A stretch of DNA of 61,463 nt, filler included, from Hausera hauseri (GCA_046269625.1; 11 parts of 11 records of this genome joined end to end with filler, not necessarily neighbours in it); one strand, 5' to 3'. Counted from the whole stretch's first letter, positions 47,837 through 61,463 are shown. The notes: generated from the sequence alone by a model not told the origin. Translations and numbers: made by a program.

Positions 47837-47936
47837 NNNNNNNNNNNNNNNNNNNNNNNNNNNNNNNNNNNNNNNNNNNNTTAATTAATTAANNNNNNNN
47901 NNNNNNNNNNNNNNNNNNNNNNNNNNNNNNNNNNNN
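47837..47936. other. Artificial contig linker
   Basis: Same 100-bp linker. Confidence 0.98.
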
Positions 47937-50501
47937 CACGAAAGATAATAAAAGAAATGAGGGAAAACAAGATCATTCGACCAAGCTGTTCCCCCTGGAC
48001 GGCTCCTGTAGTAATGGTTAAGAAGAAGGATGGAATCATGAGATTTTGCATAGATAATCTAGCGTTAAATAAAATACCCGAAACGAATACATACCCATTG
48101 CCAAGAATTGACGAAATGCTAGACAGGCTCCACGGATCGACCATATTCTCAACGGTAGATTTACAGAAAGGCTATTGGCAAGTGGAGGTGAAAGAAGAAG
48201 ATAAACCAAAAACAGCATTTTCAATCGGAGAAGGATTATGGGAATTTAACAGGATGCCATTTGGGATAAACAATGGACCACCAGCATTCCAAATAGGAAC
48301 GGAACTCTTACTGTTAGACGCTCCACACGCCATGGTATATATGGATGATGTAATAATAGCATCATCAAATTTCCAACAACATTTAAAAGATCTGCAAGAT
48401 CTTTTCGATAGGCGTGAAATAATGGGTTTGAAGATAAACCCGAAGAAATGTTCATTTGCTCAAGCGGAAGTAGATTTTCGTGGACATAAAGAAGACAGAC
48501 AAGGCGCAAAGCCTCAAGACAAACTATTGGGGAAAATAAGAGATTTCCCAAAACCAACTACAGTTAAAGAACTACGCCGATTCTTAGGTTTGGCGAATTA
48601 CTATCGGATATTTATAAAGGATTTCAGCAAAATCGCAAAACCCTTATATAAACTATTGCGTGAAGACCTGGATATAGTAATTTGGACTAATGAGTGTCAG
48701 AGAGCGTTTAAATATTTAAAAGAAAGATTGCTAACTGCTCCTATCTTAATTTACTCCGATATGAGCAAGCCATTCATATTAGCCACAGATGCAAGCGATT
48801 ACGGAGTCGGAACAGTGTTGTCACAAAAAGGTGAAGACGGTAAGGAGTACCCAGTAGCTTATGCTTCACGGAAATTTAATAAACACCAAAAGAAATATGC
48901 AGTAATTGCAAAGGAGTTGTTGGCAGTAATATTTGCTCTAGAAGTATTTTCACCGTATATTAATGAGAACAAACCACTGTTGATATATACCAATCATTGA
49001 ACACTACAATGGCTGAAACAGCATGAAAATCCAAACAATTGATTATTACGATGGGCTCTTAAACTGCAACCCTATACATTAAATTTCCAGTATATACCTG
49101 GAACACGAAATGCCAACGCAGACTATTTATCCAAAATGACAAAAGATTCAAAAGTGAAAAAAGAGGAAATAGCAGCAGTCTGGAGCATGGATGGATCAGT
49201 AGAAAAGATCAAACAAAACCAACAGGAAGATCTCGAAATAAAAGTAATTAGAAATTTTATACAGAATAAGGTACTACCAACAAACAAAGAATTAGCCCGA
49301 CATCTAGCTCAATTTAGCGAAGAATATGAAAAAGATGGATTTTTGTATTACATCCACCAGGAGGGACCAGCATTAGTGATTCCAAAGAAGAATAGAACAG
49401 TTCTATTAACGCAATATCACGATGGATTACTCGGTGGACACCAATCAGCAAGGAAGACACTTAATGAGCTAAACGAAAATATTTCTGGCCCACTATGATG
49501 TAGGACGTACAAGAATGGTGTGAAAGTTGTAAATTATGCGCTACCCGGAAAAATACCGGATCAAAATTCAAAGCGCCTTTGAAGGTATGGGACAACCCCC
49601 CAGCACCATTCGAATTTACCGCAATGGATATAACGGGACCACTACTATTAACTCTGAATGGAAACAAATATATTTTAGTCTTCATTGACTATTTTACCAA
49701 ATGGGTTGTTGCCGTACCAATGACTGATATAAAGGCACGTACCATTGCTGAGAAGTTTGTCGAAAATATAGTATTTAATTACGGAGCCCCAAGAATTATT
49801 CCTACCGACCAAGCATCAAATTTAACCGGAACTGTAATGCAATCTATATACGATATATTGAAGATATTGAAGTTACGATCCACACCAGGACACCCAGAAA
49901 ATAACGGATTGGTTGAGAGGTATATTGGAGATCTGAAAGGAAAATTACAAACAGTAGTTAATACTAGACAAGACGATTGGGACGAATATGTTAACGCGTG
50001 TGTGTTCGTTAATCGAACGTCAGTACACAAAGCTACTAAAGAGACACCTTTTTATCTAATGTATTTACGGGTGCAAGATTACCAATTGACCTAGACTTTA
50101 ACGTGAGACCTGTCTCACACTTAATCGAAGTGGAAGATTATAAACAATTTATGCGGGAACACCTCTAATTAGCCTACAAAACGATTCGTGATAACCAGGA
50201 GGACTATAAATCAAAATGTAAAAGATAGTATGATAAGAAGACCAAGCAACCAAAAATTAAGATAGGCGACGAAGTAATGTTGTATACTCCGGCAATTAAA
50301 AAGGGTAAAACGTCTAAGTTGGATAGACCATATAAAGGGTCGTATGAGGTAGAGAAAGTGAATATACCGAACATCTGTTTGAAGAGAAATAATACGTCTG
50401 TGAAGATCCACGTTAACAAATGTAAACCAGCGGCCCGAGAAAGTGAGCTAAGGAAAGGTGAAAAGGAAGTGGTACTAAGTATTACTGAAAAGGTAAAATA
50501 G
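47937..50501 (+). mobile_element. Ty3/Gypsy pol (RT - RNase H - integrase), decayed
   Basis: SPWTAPVVMVKKKDG, DLQKGYWQ, RMPFG, YMDD; RNase H TDASDYG and ELLAV; integrase HHCC (HDGLLGGH...CKLC), D-D-E (MDITG, TDQA, VERY) and GPY-like YKGSYEV. Confidence 0.95.
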
Positions 50502-50519
50502 GAAAGTTCAACCCATAGA

Positions 50520-51916
50520 ATGTATTGGTTAATAGAGAGCCTACTATTAACAATCATCCTTTTACTTCCCCAAGTGGCCGGACAGATGAAAAATCAAGAG
50601 GTCGAACAAGTAAAAATACGGCACGCGATAGCTATAACAGAAGACCTGTTAATGAAGAACTTACAGTATAGAATAACTTATTCGGAAAGAGGTCAGAAGG
50701 TGGTAATCTGGAACATGCCGGGACGGATGCCCCTAAAATATATAATGGGAATATAAATAATACCGTGGCAGCAGGATATCAAAAGAAATTTGAACGAACG
50801 CCACTATAACTGTTTAATCCTCTCAGATACCAACCAAACCCGATGCGTAATACAAAGCTCAGGTGTTCATTATGTGTATCACACTCATAATATAGAGAAG
50901 GAGAGTACTATGCGAGTCAGAAAACAAAGTTCTACAGATCAATAGTAATTCCTATCAGACAACAAATGAACGAATCCCAACTAGATGAAATAATACTCAA
51001 TCAGTTAATAGCAAGACCAATGGGATTTAAAAGTGGAAGAAGTTGTATTGAGATAATAACCATGATACAATTGGACCAAATGGGAAGAATTACAATAAAA
51101 CTAGTGGAAACAGTTACACAGAAGTCAGAGTTTGTAGATTAAACGGTAAACGACAACGCGTGTTCTGTATGGTTACACGAGGAAAAATATATCATGTTCA
51201 TTATCTTTTATTTCGCAGGAGAAATGGTAAATTTGGATATCCATTAGAGCGAAAAGGACCCGTAATGTTTATAAGATATAAAAACCAGAAGGAATATAAT
51301 GATGTATAAGAAAAGATCACAACGCCATTCATGCAGTCCTCGGCTGGAAGGAGGGAAATAACCATTGGTAAAACCATATGCTTCCTATTATCGTGCAAAG
51401 CGATCCATATGGGATAATGTTACTATAGTAACAGCCCCTACCGCACTAATTATTTCTGTCAGACCAGATTTAGATTTCGTAAAAATTAAATTCAATTGCA
51501 AGAAACGAGATGTAAAGGTAACCAAAGGAGTCATAACTCCGGTTGATTTAGTAGTGCCATGTGCAGCTTTAGATCCCAATACTCGATATACGATAATCTT
51601 ACAATTACTAGATGATAGAGATAAGACAACTTCTATAAAAATAGTGTCAGCCATAACTACGGTAAGTCATGAAATAGGCGTATCTGATAAAATCAACATA
51701 GTTAGCAATATGATAACTACTAAACCCGTACGAGCTGTGTATAAATATTCTCGATTACAAATAATATGTATAGGATCACTAACCCCTATAATTTTCATAG
51801 TAATATTGAAAATAGTGGTTAGAATTTTATATTGGCAATGCAAAGAAAGAAGAAGCTGGATCAGAATTTATATGCGTAATCTAACGAACCCGTTAGATAC
51901 GGACAACCCCAGCTAA
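50520..51916 (+). pseudogene. Env-like type I membrane protein of the Gypsy element, in frame with integrase, decayed
   Basis: Signal peptide MYWLIESLLLTIILLLPQVAG begins 18 nt after the integrase TAG in the same frame. C-terminal TM LQIICIGSLTPIIFIVILKIVVRILYW with a basic tail. Internal stops and frameshifts. Confidence 0.7.
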
Positions 51917-53000
51917 CGATTAATGTCAGGGACTGCAATACACGCAACCCTAATTAAACCGATAACACAACAACATCGGATTATCTTGCACTTTGGAGAT
52001 AGTAATAGCATAACCACAACGATTACCTCCATAAGTTGTTTGACAACCGTTGTGTTGGTTGTAAGTATAGTTATAAATGACGTATTGACTCTTATGTTTA
52101 CAGTCTAAGCTGCAACGTTTCACCAGATACAATCTATTAACCGTTCCAAACATTTGTATAGCAACGTAAAGAATCACATAATAAATGCCAGTCCATCCAA
52201 CCAATACTATGTGTCGCACAATGACTATATGATTAGCTTGAACTACCCTCAGACTCAGCAAATCTCTAACAATCTGAAAGGGTATAGCATGGCCAATCGA
52301 TCTCTTGCCATAATGCAAATAACCAAAGCCACGTGATTTCTTTTGATTGATATAATCATTCTACCTTATCGATTGCATTCCATGAATTTATATGGTGTAG
52401 TGGGTGAAATTCAAATAAAAACAACAGATAGGAAAACATCCATCAGAGGAGATTTAATCAATGTCGATCCAGAGAATGGTCTTGCTTTTGACCACTCATT
52501 TCTTAATGACAACCTATTCAAAATTCGCTCTTGCACAAATCACGTGATACTAGCACTGGATATAATCAAGCACAAAAAATTTTACCCGAGCCTTCCAGAA
52601 GGAAGGTGTTTCAACCTCTCGGAACCGGATTACATCAAATATAAGAACATCCGTTTTCGAAGATTGGAAAAAATTACAGATAAAGACATGGTCATAGCAG
52701 CCGTCAATTTGGCCTATGACCAGTGGAATCAGTTTCAACCCATTGAAGCCTCGGTTCTAACCTTGAATGGAGATACTCTACTCTACGGAATCATCACCCC
52801 AAGGTAGCATATCATTAATTTCGATACGCGCATAACAGGCCTCGCAGAGTCTAACATTAACAACCAAATGGATCCAGTGGACTTTTATCGGAGAGTGACC
52901 GAAGCCATAACTGACAAGATTGTTATTGGAGCCGACGTGGTTGAAATGGTTATAAACCCTTTCAAATGTCCAATCTGACGGATTGCTGGAGTATGTGATA
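51917..53000 (+). pseudogene. Downstream orphan reading frame, in frame with the env-like ORF
   Basis: ORFs at 51923, 52154 and 52343 share one frame with 51365-51916 and are broken only by point stops. Confidence 0.6.
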
Positions 53001-53100
53001 NNNNNNNNNNNNNNNNNNNNNNNNNNNNNNNNNNNNNNNNNNNNTTAATTAATTAANNNNNNNNNNNNNNNNNNNNNNNNNNNNNNNNNNNNNNNNNNNN
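53001..53100. other. Artificial contig linker
   Basis: Same 100-bp linker. Confidence 0.98.
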
Positions 53101-53101
53101 A

Positions 53102-53340
53102 TGTTATATATTGGTGTGGCCCTTATACAACTCCCACTATATAACAATAGTTACACTTGAAGTTTAATGCTTTTAAGCAGGTAAGGTCTACCGTAATCGT
53201 ATAGACAGAATGTACCTTAACTATTTGAGAAATTCCTTTGCCGGGTAATTGCTTGCGGTCCTGTGCGACGATTTAATTACCACTCTTAGCTATATAAGTT
53301 ACACTTGAGTTTACCCTTACTGTGGTCAAATCACTCTTAA
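53102..53340 (-). mobile_element. LTR 3'-end fragment related to the 44991-45739 LTR family
   Basis: TGTTATATATTGGTGTGGCCCTTATACAAC...TATAACAAT...TAAGCAGGTAAG resembles 26358-26450. Confidence 0.45.
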
Positions 53341-56084
53341 GGGGCGATGGAAAACTACGCAAAAATTTTAAATAACGCAAAAAATATTAATACCAATTAC
53401 GGTTTACAACAGATATTACCAGTGATTAATCAACGTCTTTTCAATCAATAGTCTTTGTTATCGCTTTCCAATGATTCTGACGTTTTCGACTCAAATCTAA
53501 CGCTGATCCACAACTCTGCAATTTGTTTTACGTTCTGTTCTGCCTTCCGATCTTCATCTTTATATAGTCTGACAATTTATCAATTATTCATTTTACATTT
53601 GTTTTATTCTATTTTTCAGAGTAATTTGTTAGTTCGACCGATAAATAATTAATGCCATGACGATATTTACAACTGATTTATAAAACAATTTCAATGCTAT
53701 CGTAAATAATGGACCAATTTCTAATTTAATATTCACATCTTGTATTGTTATTCTATTCTTCTACATAAATAATAAATTTTAATTCTAGTGTATACAGATA
53801 TTGTACAGTTTTCGATTTACCAATGTTTGCCCACTCTATTACAACATGTATATTATTTAATTCTCTTGTAGTGATATAATTTATCTTTTATCTGAAAAAA
53901 AGTTTTATTATTAGTTAATAATCTCTTGTGGTTTTATAGTATTTTTATAGTATCAAAGAAAAACTATATATAATAGATTATATAGGTAAAGAACGACATA
54001 AAATTCTGTTATTTCACTACAGACGATACGATGAGTTGTTACAATAATTGTAAGTGTGTTCTGTTATTTTGTTTTATTCATTTTATCATCTCTTGAGTAG
54101 TATTTAGATCGTTTATATTATATATTCTCATTCTTAACGTTTTCTTTTTGTCTTAAATAACGTAGTGTAGAATATTATTATTAAAGGGATTGTGAAGCTT
54201 CATGTTCCATCTTTTGGTATTGCGGTGATAATATGCCAGTTGTTAAACTTTTTTCTTCATTTTCAATCTTAAAACGTGTTCCTGAACTATTTTTACTCAG
54301 GTGTAAAATAAAATGATGAATAATAATACCATGGAAAATATTCTTACGGCAAAAAGTAAAATAACACATTTGGAGCCTTTCACACTTATTCAAATCTCCC
54401 AACTATGTTTATGAATTTTGATAAATGAACACCCTTTTTATAGATATATTTCGGTAATATACTTACAATCTTCAGTTTTGATTATTTAAACAAATTTTCA
54501 CTGCATTTTTGTACAGAATATTACAATACGAAATTGTTACATAATATATCAATAAAGTTACTGATTTTACAAAATCTGTTTATCTATTTAGATTTGGATT
54601 AAATTTTTTACTACAAATAGATTGTGTAGTTTTCAAAATAAGTTCATGCGTTAAATTACGTTGAAAAAAATTTAAATTTTTAATAGTATTTTTATTTTCT
54701 AATGATTTACAGTTATTGCATGAAATTATATAATCATGAATTGATTTTATACCTTGACCATGGAAAGAACGTGAAGTCTTCACGATATATGAAGAATTAT
54801 CCTAATAGTATACAAAATGGTAAATAAATTTAGAGCATTTCTTCGGGTGAAGGGGAAATTATCGTTAATGAAAATAGATTTCTTCACATTTCTTTTAAAT
54901 ATAGATATACCATCCGAATATGGTATAATTATGGTATAATTAATTATATAAACTAAATTAAAAAGTATTTACATAAATTAGTAGTTCGTAATGAATTTAT
55001 CGGCATCCACAAAATTATAGGATTAACAAAAATATTACGTAAGATATGGCAAAATAAGAATCACTTCTATGGTATTTAATTAGATACATTATATATTATT
55101 TAGAATATAATGGACAAGGAATGTTCAATCCTCTCTAATCAGGCTGGGAGAGACTCTTATTCTTAATTTTGATTAGGGGGAGAACAAAATATCTATACTT
55201 TTATAGTTACTTGCCCACTCCAATAAGGGTTGCAGATATATCGTATGGTAAACCTTACCTACTTATGTCTAGGTAATGTGTAGGGGTCAGTCGTTTATTT
55301 ACGATTAATATCCTACGGTTTAATATCTTATCTTTTAGACAGGCTCTCGTCAAGTAGGGGTGACTTGGACGAGAAAGAATGACCAATTACTTAATTAATT
55401 AGTTACTTAGCAAAAAGAAACCAATATCGTATAAACAATAATTGTAATTAGTATGTACAATTAATACAATGATACGTTATCATAAACAATACAACCAAAA
55501 ACTTACATGAGGTCATAATACAACGTAGGTAAGAACGTAACTTTAATTTCTATTTTTCTACCAAAAACCCATTGCTTATATAGTAAAATAACATATGACA
55601 AAAATTCATAAAAAATCTTTCAACAGATGGCAATAAATCGTTCCCGAGTTTTTTTAAATGACAATCAAATTTTTCTACAAAGCCGTAAGTTCATATCACA
55701 AAGAAAAATTAATTCATAAGACAAATAAAACAAACAATGCTCATAACATAAGTCAATAAATCGAAACATGACAGGTGATTTCATTATTTAGTTAGACTGT
55801 TCATTAATATTTCATTAATTTCGTTTAGTTTCGTTAATGTTCATTACAAAATTGGTTTGTTGTAGTTCAGAAGTGTTCCTTACAGGAGAGTATGTATAGG
55901 GTGTACCGAAAGTTTCTGATGCATTCCCAATTTCTATAGATCTTTTACGACTGCTCTAAGAAAAAATGTGGAGAAAAATCTATTAAAACTATATTAAAAG
56001 TTTCATAAATAAAATATCTTGAAAATTAATTTCTAGACCAAGAAATTTAATGAGTGTCCTACAACAATGATTCAGATTTTCTGA

Positions 56085-57230
56085 TATACAGGGTGTTTGA
56101 AAAGTCCCTGTCGATTAGAAAAACCAACAAAAGTACATGATACTAATTTATTTATCAAAGGGATCAACTTGTTTACCATCAGGTGAGCACAAAATGCAAT
56201 TCTGCGCAAAGACCTTTCATGGATTTTCAATAGCATGTCTATCGTCACCTTTAGGAATACAGATTTGATTGATTTCTCCAATAAATCATGCGTTTTTGGG
56301 TAATCTGCGTGGACATGCTGTTTGATATTACCCCTCAGGGCAATATCATAGGAGGTTAAATCCGAGCTGCGTGGTGGCTATTGCGTTGGCCCGAATTTCC
56401 CAACCCATCTGTCTGGGAAGTGGTTGTTGAGAAATTCTCTGGTAGTGAGGGAATTATGCGTAGGCGCTTTATGACTGATATTCCTCTGCCTCAATGCATG
56501 CAGGAATCTATTCTCCAGGAGGTCAGTGTACACTTCCGATGTTATTTGACCATTTACCACAAATGGTCCGATAAGGTCAGAGGCTGACATGGCTGCCCAT
56601 ATCATAATGGATGGTGGATGTTGTTGTACTTGTTTGTTGAAGTGAGGATTTTCTTTGTTCCACCACACGAGATTTGGTGTTCGGGCATCCGCGTACAGCG
56701 CACATTCATCAGAGAAGAAAAAATTTTGATGTGCAAATGGTGATGAATACTTTGTCAGTAGCGCTCCGCAAGCAAGACACCTGTTCTCCTCATAATCACT
56801 GGAGAGATACTGAGAAAATATCGGGCGAAATGGCTTGAATCCCTCTTTGTGAAGATACTTATAAATTGTCTGTGTCAATGCTCCAATACCAGCAGCCAAT
56901 CCACGGATTGATGAGGTTGGTTTTTGAGAAAAGGTGCTCACCGATTTCATCTTCACGTGATGGCCTGCCACTACGCTGCATATCTGCTAGGGAACCACTA
57001 GTGAACAGCTTCTCCTCACAATTTTTGATGACAGATCCACGAGGTGATGAGGCATCAAATCACTCATTGAGTTTCTTTCGAACTTCAGCCACAACTAGTT
57101 TTGATTTGTCACTTTCATGCCACCAACATGATGACAAGAATCGGTATTAACTGTGTAAATGCTGCTATCAGTCATGGAGTGAAATGTTAAATCCATACAG
57201 AAGTAAATTTCATTTAAATGATTGTTCAAA
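56085..57230 (-). mobile_element. Tc1/mariner-superfamily DNA transposon, decayed
   Basis: Transposase motifs FFSDEC, NPH...HPPSIMIWAAMS...IGPF, FPDRWVG, then *PPRSSDLTSYD (WPPRSPDL..D). The second catalytic Asp (QQDGAP) is deleted. TA + CAGGGTGTTTGAAAAGT TIR-like end at ~56085. Confidence 0.88.
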
Positions 57231-57330
57231 NNNNNNNNNNNNNNNNNNNNNNNNNNNNNNNNNNNNNNNNNNNNTTAATTAATTAANNNNNNNNNNNNNN
57301 NNNNNNNNNNNNNNNNNNNNNNNNNNNNNN
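57231..57330. other. Artificial contig linker
   Basis: Same 100-bp linker. Confidence 0.98.
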
Positions 57331-57624
57331 ACTTTTTTGCCCCTTCCCCTTTCTTTCCCCCGACACCCCATCGACTTCGGTCCTTCACCATTCGATGCGT
57401 CTTCCGCACCCCATCATTTCTATGTGCCACACATGACCGTGCACCACTTTCTTCTAACATCCGCTTTTTTCGTGCACCTCCCCTGCTTCCGCAGTGCACC
57501 GTGCACGGTGTGGTTTTTGGAACCTACGTCGTCGAATTTATCCATTCGTGCGGGTGTGCGCATCAATAACGCATCGGATTGGCTGCATTGGGGGGTGATC
57601 AAAAACCTGCATTTTTATACTACT
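57331..57624 (-). repeat. Maverick TIR end with canonical 5'-AGTAGT terminus
   Basis: Minus strand begins AGTAGTATAAAAATGCAGGTTTTTGATCACCCCC, matching the termini at 21649 and 21873. GTGCA-rich. Confidence 0.7.
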
Positions 57625-57639
57625 GACATTATCTAGAAA

Positions 57640-58195
57640 AAAAAAGTAGTAATGCAGAACAGACTGAAGTGCGAAGTGGCGATTGCCAAAAGTTGTATAA
57701 GAAATTTCGAAACAAATTCAAGTTTGCGAAGAAACCAATAATTGCCAAGAACGACTACTTGCCAGAAATTGGAACAGTATATACCGATCCATCAAGTTAC
57801 AGTGTCGAATCATTCGGAGCGAATCTGCTGCAAGTTATCTTATCCTTGTACGGTTGTTGATCTACGTAATATTGTTATCTGAATAAAGTTTTGATAGTCC
57901 AAAATTGTTGTATTGTTTGAAATCGTTTCCTGAAAACGATTTGAGGTACACTAGATCTTAAAACCGAAGTAACTTGTATAGATAAGTCGAGAGTCATTTA
58001 ATCTGCACAAAACAGCAATCAATACCCGCATATACGAATTTAAAAATCTCAAAATAAGTAAGGTACATTCTGTTTTATCGAGAACGGTAAAACCTTGCCT
58101 GCACGAGGAGTTGAGAAATCGAGGTATTAAAATTATTGTTATAGTCATAAGTTGTATAGGCCCACCGCAACTATAACATTTGATGACCCTAGCAG
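57640..58195 (+). mobile_element. Partial 5' LTR followed by a PBS-like sequence
   Basis: AATAAA at ~57882. Ends ...GGCCCACCGCAACTATAACA (58178), as in the 45739 LTR end, then TT-TGATGACCC (TGGTGACCC-like PBS). Confidence 0.5.
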
Positions 58196-58558
58196 GTCAG
58201 TCTTTGCCTCGCTAGACTTGACTTTGAGAGTTAAATAATTACGCAGGGGCGATCAACGCTATTTACATCAAGTAAATGGAATGTAATCTTGAGAACTTAA
58301 AAGTTTGGAATATAGGAAAACCCTACAAATAAATCAACTTATATTTATATATTTGTTATATAGTGAAAATAAGGTAATCAACAAACGTTCCTTGTCCGAA
58401 TCTAATCTAAATAGCATAGTTCAGAATTCCGAGAAATAAACCTCGTAACGTAAATAAGTTAAATAATGTTAACAATAATATAACAGCACATAATCGAGCA
58501 GTAGCACAAAAACTAGGTATCTTTACATTCGACACTTTGAATTTGCTGACTCTTTGAA

Positions 58559-59230
58559 TCAGCCAAATATCTTGTCCATGTCATCAACAACCTGCTTCAT
58601 ATGTAGTAGATAAGGTTCTCGTACTCTCCCATTCTCAGCGTGCAGAAGTATCTCTTCGGGAGAACAGTATCGTGCATCCTGTAAAGGTCGATCAAAATTG
58701 TAAAGGTGACTCCGGAGACTGTCGAAGGAGTGAAAAAACGAATGAGTTCTGATAAATGGGACATGCCCTAATGTCATGCCGTAATGAAGCACAAGTATTT
58801 ATACTGAAATATAACAACAACAACAGAGACACGCGAAATAAATTATATTGATTCACGAAAACAAAAATGAAGCAAAATAATAATATCTATTTTTGATTAA
58901 ATAAGGTCAATCAACTTTTTCATTACAATACAAAGCAAAGCAGAAAATACAAGTCCAATGAGGAAATTAATCCATCGTTGTTGTTGTTGCCGTTTTCATC
59001 ATATTTCATCTTTTATACGTTGTATGAATAGAGATCTGACAATTAATTTAATATATTCCCGTCGATTAATTATTCTGGTTTCTGCGAAATCACACAAAAA
59101 TTGAACATCAAACACATGTCCAGTCAAAATGTCATCGGTCAATTTTTTAATCTCGCTTTCAATGTACTGTTCCTTGTGATTTTTAGTTGTTGTTGTTGTT
59201 GTTGCTGTTGTAGCGTTTAGAATGATTGTT
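58559..59230 (-). other. Small unknown ORFs divergent from the pPolB gene (possible Maverick accessory genes)
   Basis: A 77-aa ORF at 58559-58792 with a TTTCAG acceptor-like site just upstream, and a second ATG-less open stretch at ~59000-59230 (TTTTTTKNHKEQYIESEIKKLTDDIL...). Confidence 0.3.
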
Positions 59231-59331
59231 TATAGGGGAGTAAGGAGACTTTTTTTTCTCAAGACCGACAAATAAGGTGTCATATTTCAATTTATAGTAT
59301 GTATAACTTAATATAAAACATCTATTTTATT

Positions 59332-61463
59332 TTGTTTTCCATTCATAAGTGTACTAATTATCCCATGAATTGTGTCTCGCGCATACATGTGCAGCAGGAG
59401 CAGTTCCATCAGCAGATGGCTAAAGATTACACCGTTGGCACGGACTCATTTTTGTGTCCAAGGTGCGGTAGTATTTCAGCCCTTTGTCTATACCCCGACT
59501 TTTATGCGATGCGCAAGCACCACATTGGCCCATTTACGCGTGCAAAGAAGATGGTGATTGTGCATTGCCCCACATACCCGCGATACTGTAGTAGTAGAGT
59601 GCATGACGTTAATGGTTGCTACAATGTAATGGAGCACTACTATGGCGCCACAACGGTGCACGGTAAACGGGCCTACATTTGTCCCGGTTGTTTGATAGTT
59701 AATGAAATTAACTAGGAACAATTTTATAACCAGCACAAGGAACACTTGAACCAGTTTCAGCGGTCAAAAAAGGAAGTAGCGATGGCGACAAGAAATACCA
59801 GTATCCCGTCAACAAGCAGGAAACGTCAGTACTCACGAAGTCTTGACGAATACGTCCGAAATAGTACCGAACAGCAGCAGCAGATGCAACATCAGGAACC
59901 TTCCATTACTGTCAAGTACGATCTAAACAAATCGTACGTGGACATGAAAGTAAACATGTCGGAACCACAACACTACAGCTGAGACATATTCCGTCCGGTG
60001 TGCGCATCCGGTTGGAATTAGAGGTGGAGAAATTCCAACACCAACACCGCAAAGTGCAATATTATGCACTTACAGAGTTTGATAACTTTGAAGGTGACAG
60101 GAAATAATGGTACCTGTCACATCGAACTGTACCATATTCGGAAGATTTTATTGCCGATGTAGGCGAAAAGTTAGATGAGAAAATCGCCAACTATACCGAA
60201 AAGGGTAGTGGATGGCGAATTATACGAATTGTCACCCTCGGCTTTATCATAACAAAGTCGAATGATATTATATATTTGTCTGGACGATCATTCATACCGA
60301 CATCTGCAGCTCTGAAGCAGTTTCTGGCGGTAGTGAATGTAAAAAATACTAAAGATGAATACTGTTTTCTTTACAGTATTCTGCCGGTATTGAAATATGG
60401 ACAGACATAGTGCATCTCGTTCAAAATTGTATCAGAAATATTTTCCCGAATTGGATTTCGATGAAAGCTGGATTCGGATGAAACTGAAATCCATCCCGAC
60501 ATTTGAATGCCGTAATCCTTATCTGGAAATCAGCATTTTCCTGTACAACACAATCGTAGAAATACCAGCAGACGAAGAGATGCACAAAAGCCCACACGTG
60601 GATATAATTTATCGCAGTCGGAACCCGAATGGACGCTCGGTAAATTTGCTGATGTTGGAGCAAGCAGATAAATTTCACTACGTGACCGTAACCACATTGG
60701 ACCGACTGCTAAATATGGATCACCACTTATTCATCAAAAGCGCATAAATTGTAAATTGTGCCCTACATATCTGCATGGTTTCAGGTCAAAAACGACATTG
60801 GAAAAGCATGTGGCACTGTGCAGACAAAATTCATCAGGGACAACAATGTACATTATGGCAGTCAAAAAGGACTGACATTTAGTGACTGGTCGAAAATAGA
60901 CAGTCCGGCATATGTGGTATATGCCGATATTGAGGCAGTCCTACCGCAGCACAAATTATACGACCAGAAGCACATTCCAATCGCCGACGGTATGTTCAAT
61001 AAAAGCCGCCGGGCAACAGCAACATTACGTTTTTATGGCTGGAACTGTATACGCGATTTCCTGCAACATTCAGAAACCATTGTGGACACGCAAATCGCAC
61101 CGTGGTACAGTAACAATAGCACTAAACCCTTGATATTGACAGACAAATATGAACCGTTGCTATTCGCTGCCACCGATGAATGTTACATCTGAAACAAAAT
61201 ATTACCTTTTGATGCACAGGAACGGCTCGTACTGGACCAAGATCATTTCACCGGTCGATACCTGGGATCGGCATGTAATTCATGCAATTTAACAAGGCGT
61301 ATGTGACCATTCCTACCGGTGATCTTTCATAAATTCGGAGGTTATGATTGTCACCATATACTGAAATTGGCCATCAACGGATTTCCGCACTGGGAACTAT
61401 CCATAATTCCGACTACGATGGAGAAATACCTGTCACTGTCTGCTCGTATAAACCGGTTCCAGG
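59332..61463 (+). pseudogene. Maverick/Polinton pPolB, family A, N-terminal half, decayed
   Basis: FLCPRC...HH and YICPGC...FY..H N-terminal repeats, KGSGW, NVKNTKDEYCF, YADIE, QDHFTGRYLGSACNSCN. Runs off the window end. Confidence 0.9.

Noticed and set aside
53340-55900. Coding or retroelement remnant in the very AT-rich stretch
   Set aside because: Only short ORFs without recognisable motifs; a PBS-like TGGTCATTC near 55385 is insufficient on its own.

Overview
This window is not one contiguous locus. It is 11 short contigs joined by an artificial 100-bp linker (44 N + TTAATTAATTAA + 44 N), so adjacency is meaningful only within a contig. The DNA is AT-rich eukaryotic repeat sequence, probably from a fast-evolving invertebrate (inferred from a very divergent TRRAP fragment and 39-44-nt introns), with two patches that look like teleost DNA. 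Main content: (1) Seven decayed Maverick/Polinton (adintovirus-like) protein-primed PolB genes in two families. They come with AGTAG-type termini, an adenain-like protease, apparent mini-introns, and ubiquitin/immune-signalling cargo (a solo TRAF MATH domain and two RING genes). (2) Ty3/Gypsy LTR retrotransposons with unusual 3' halves. In contig 2 the integrase runs in frame into a signal-peptide/TM env-like glycoprotein, then a single TGA in the readthrough context TGA-CAA-TTA, then a further ~570-codon orphan ORF. Contig 9 holds a decayed element with the same layout (TAA-CGA-TTA). Contig 8 holds an element ending in a RING ORF that abuts the PPT and 3' LTR. (3) Fragments of RTE and RNase H-bearing LINEs, a hAT transposase and a Tc1/mariner element. 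All family assignments come from motif recognition by eye; no searches were run.
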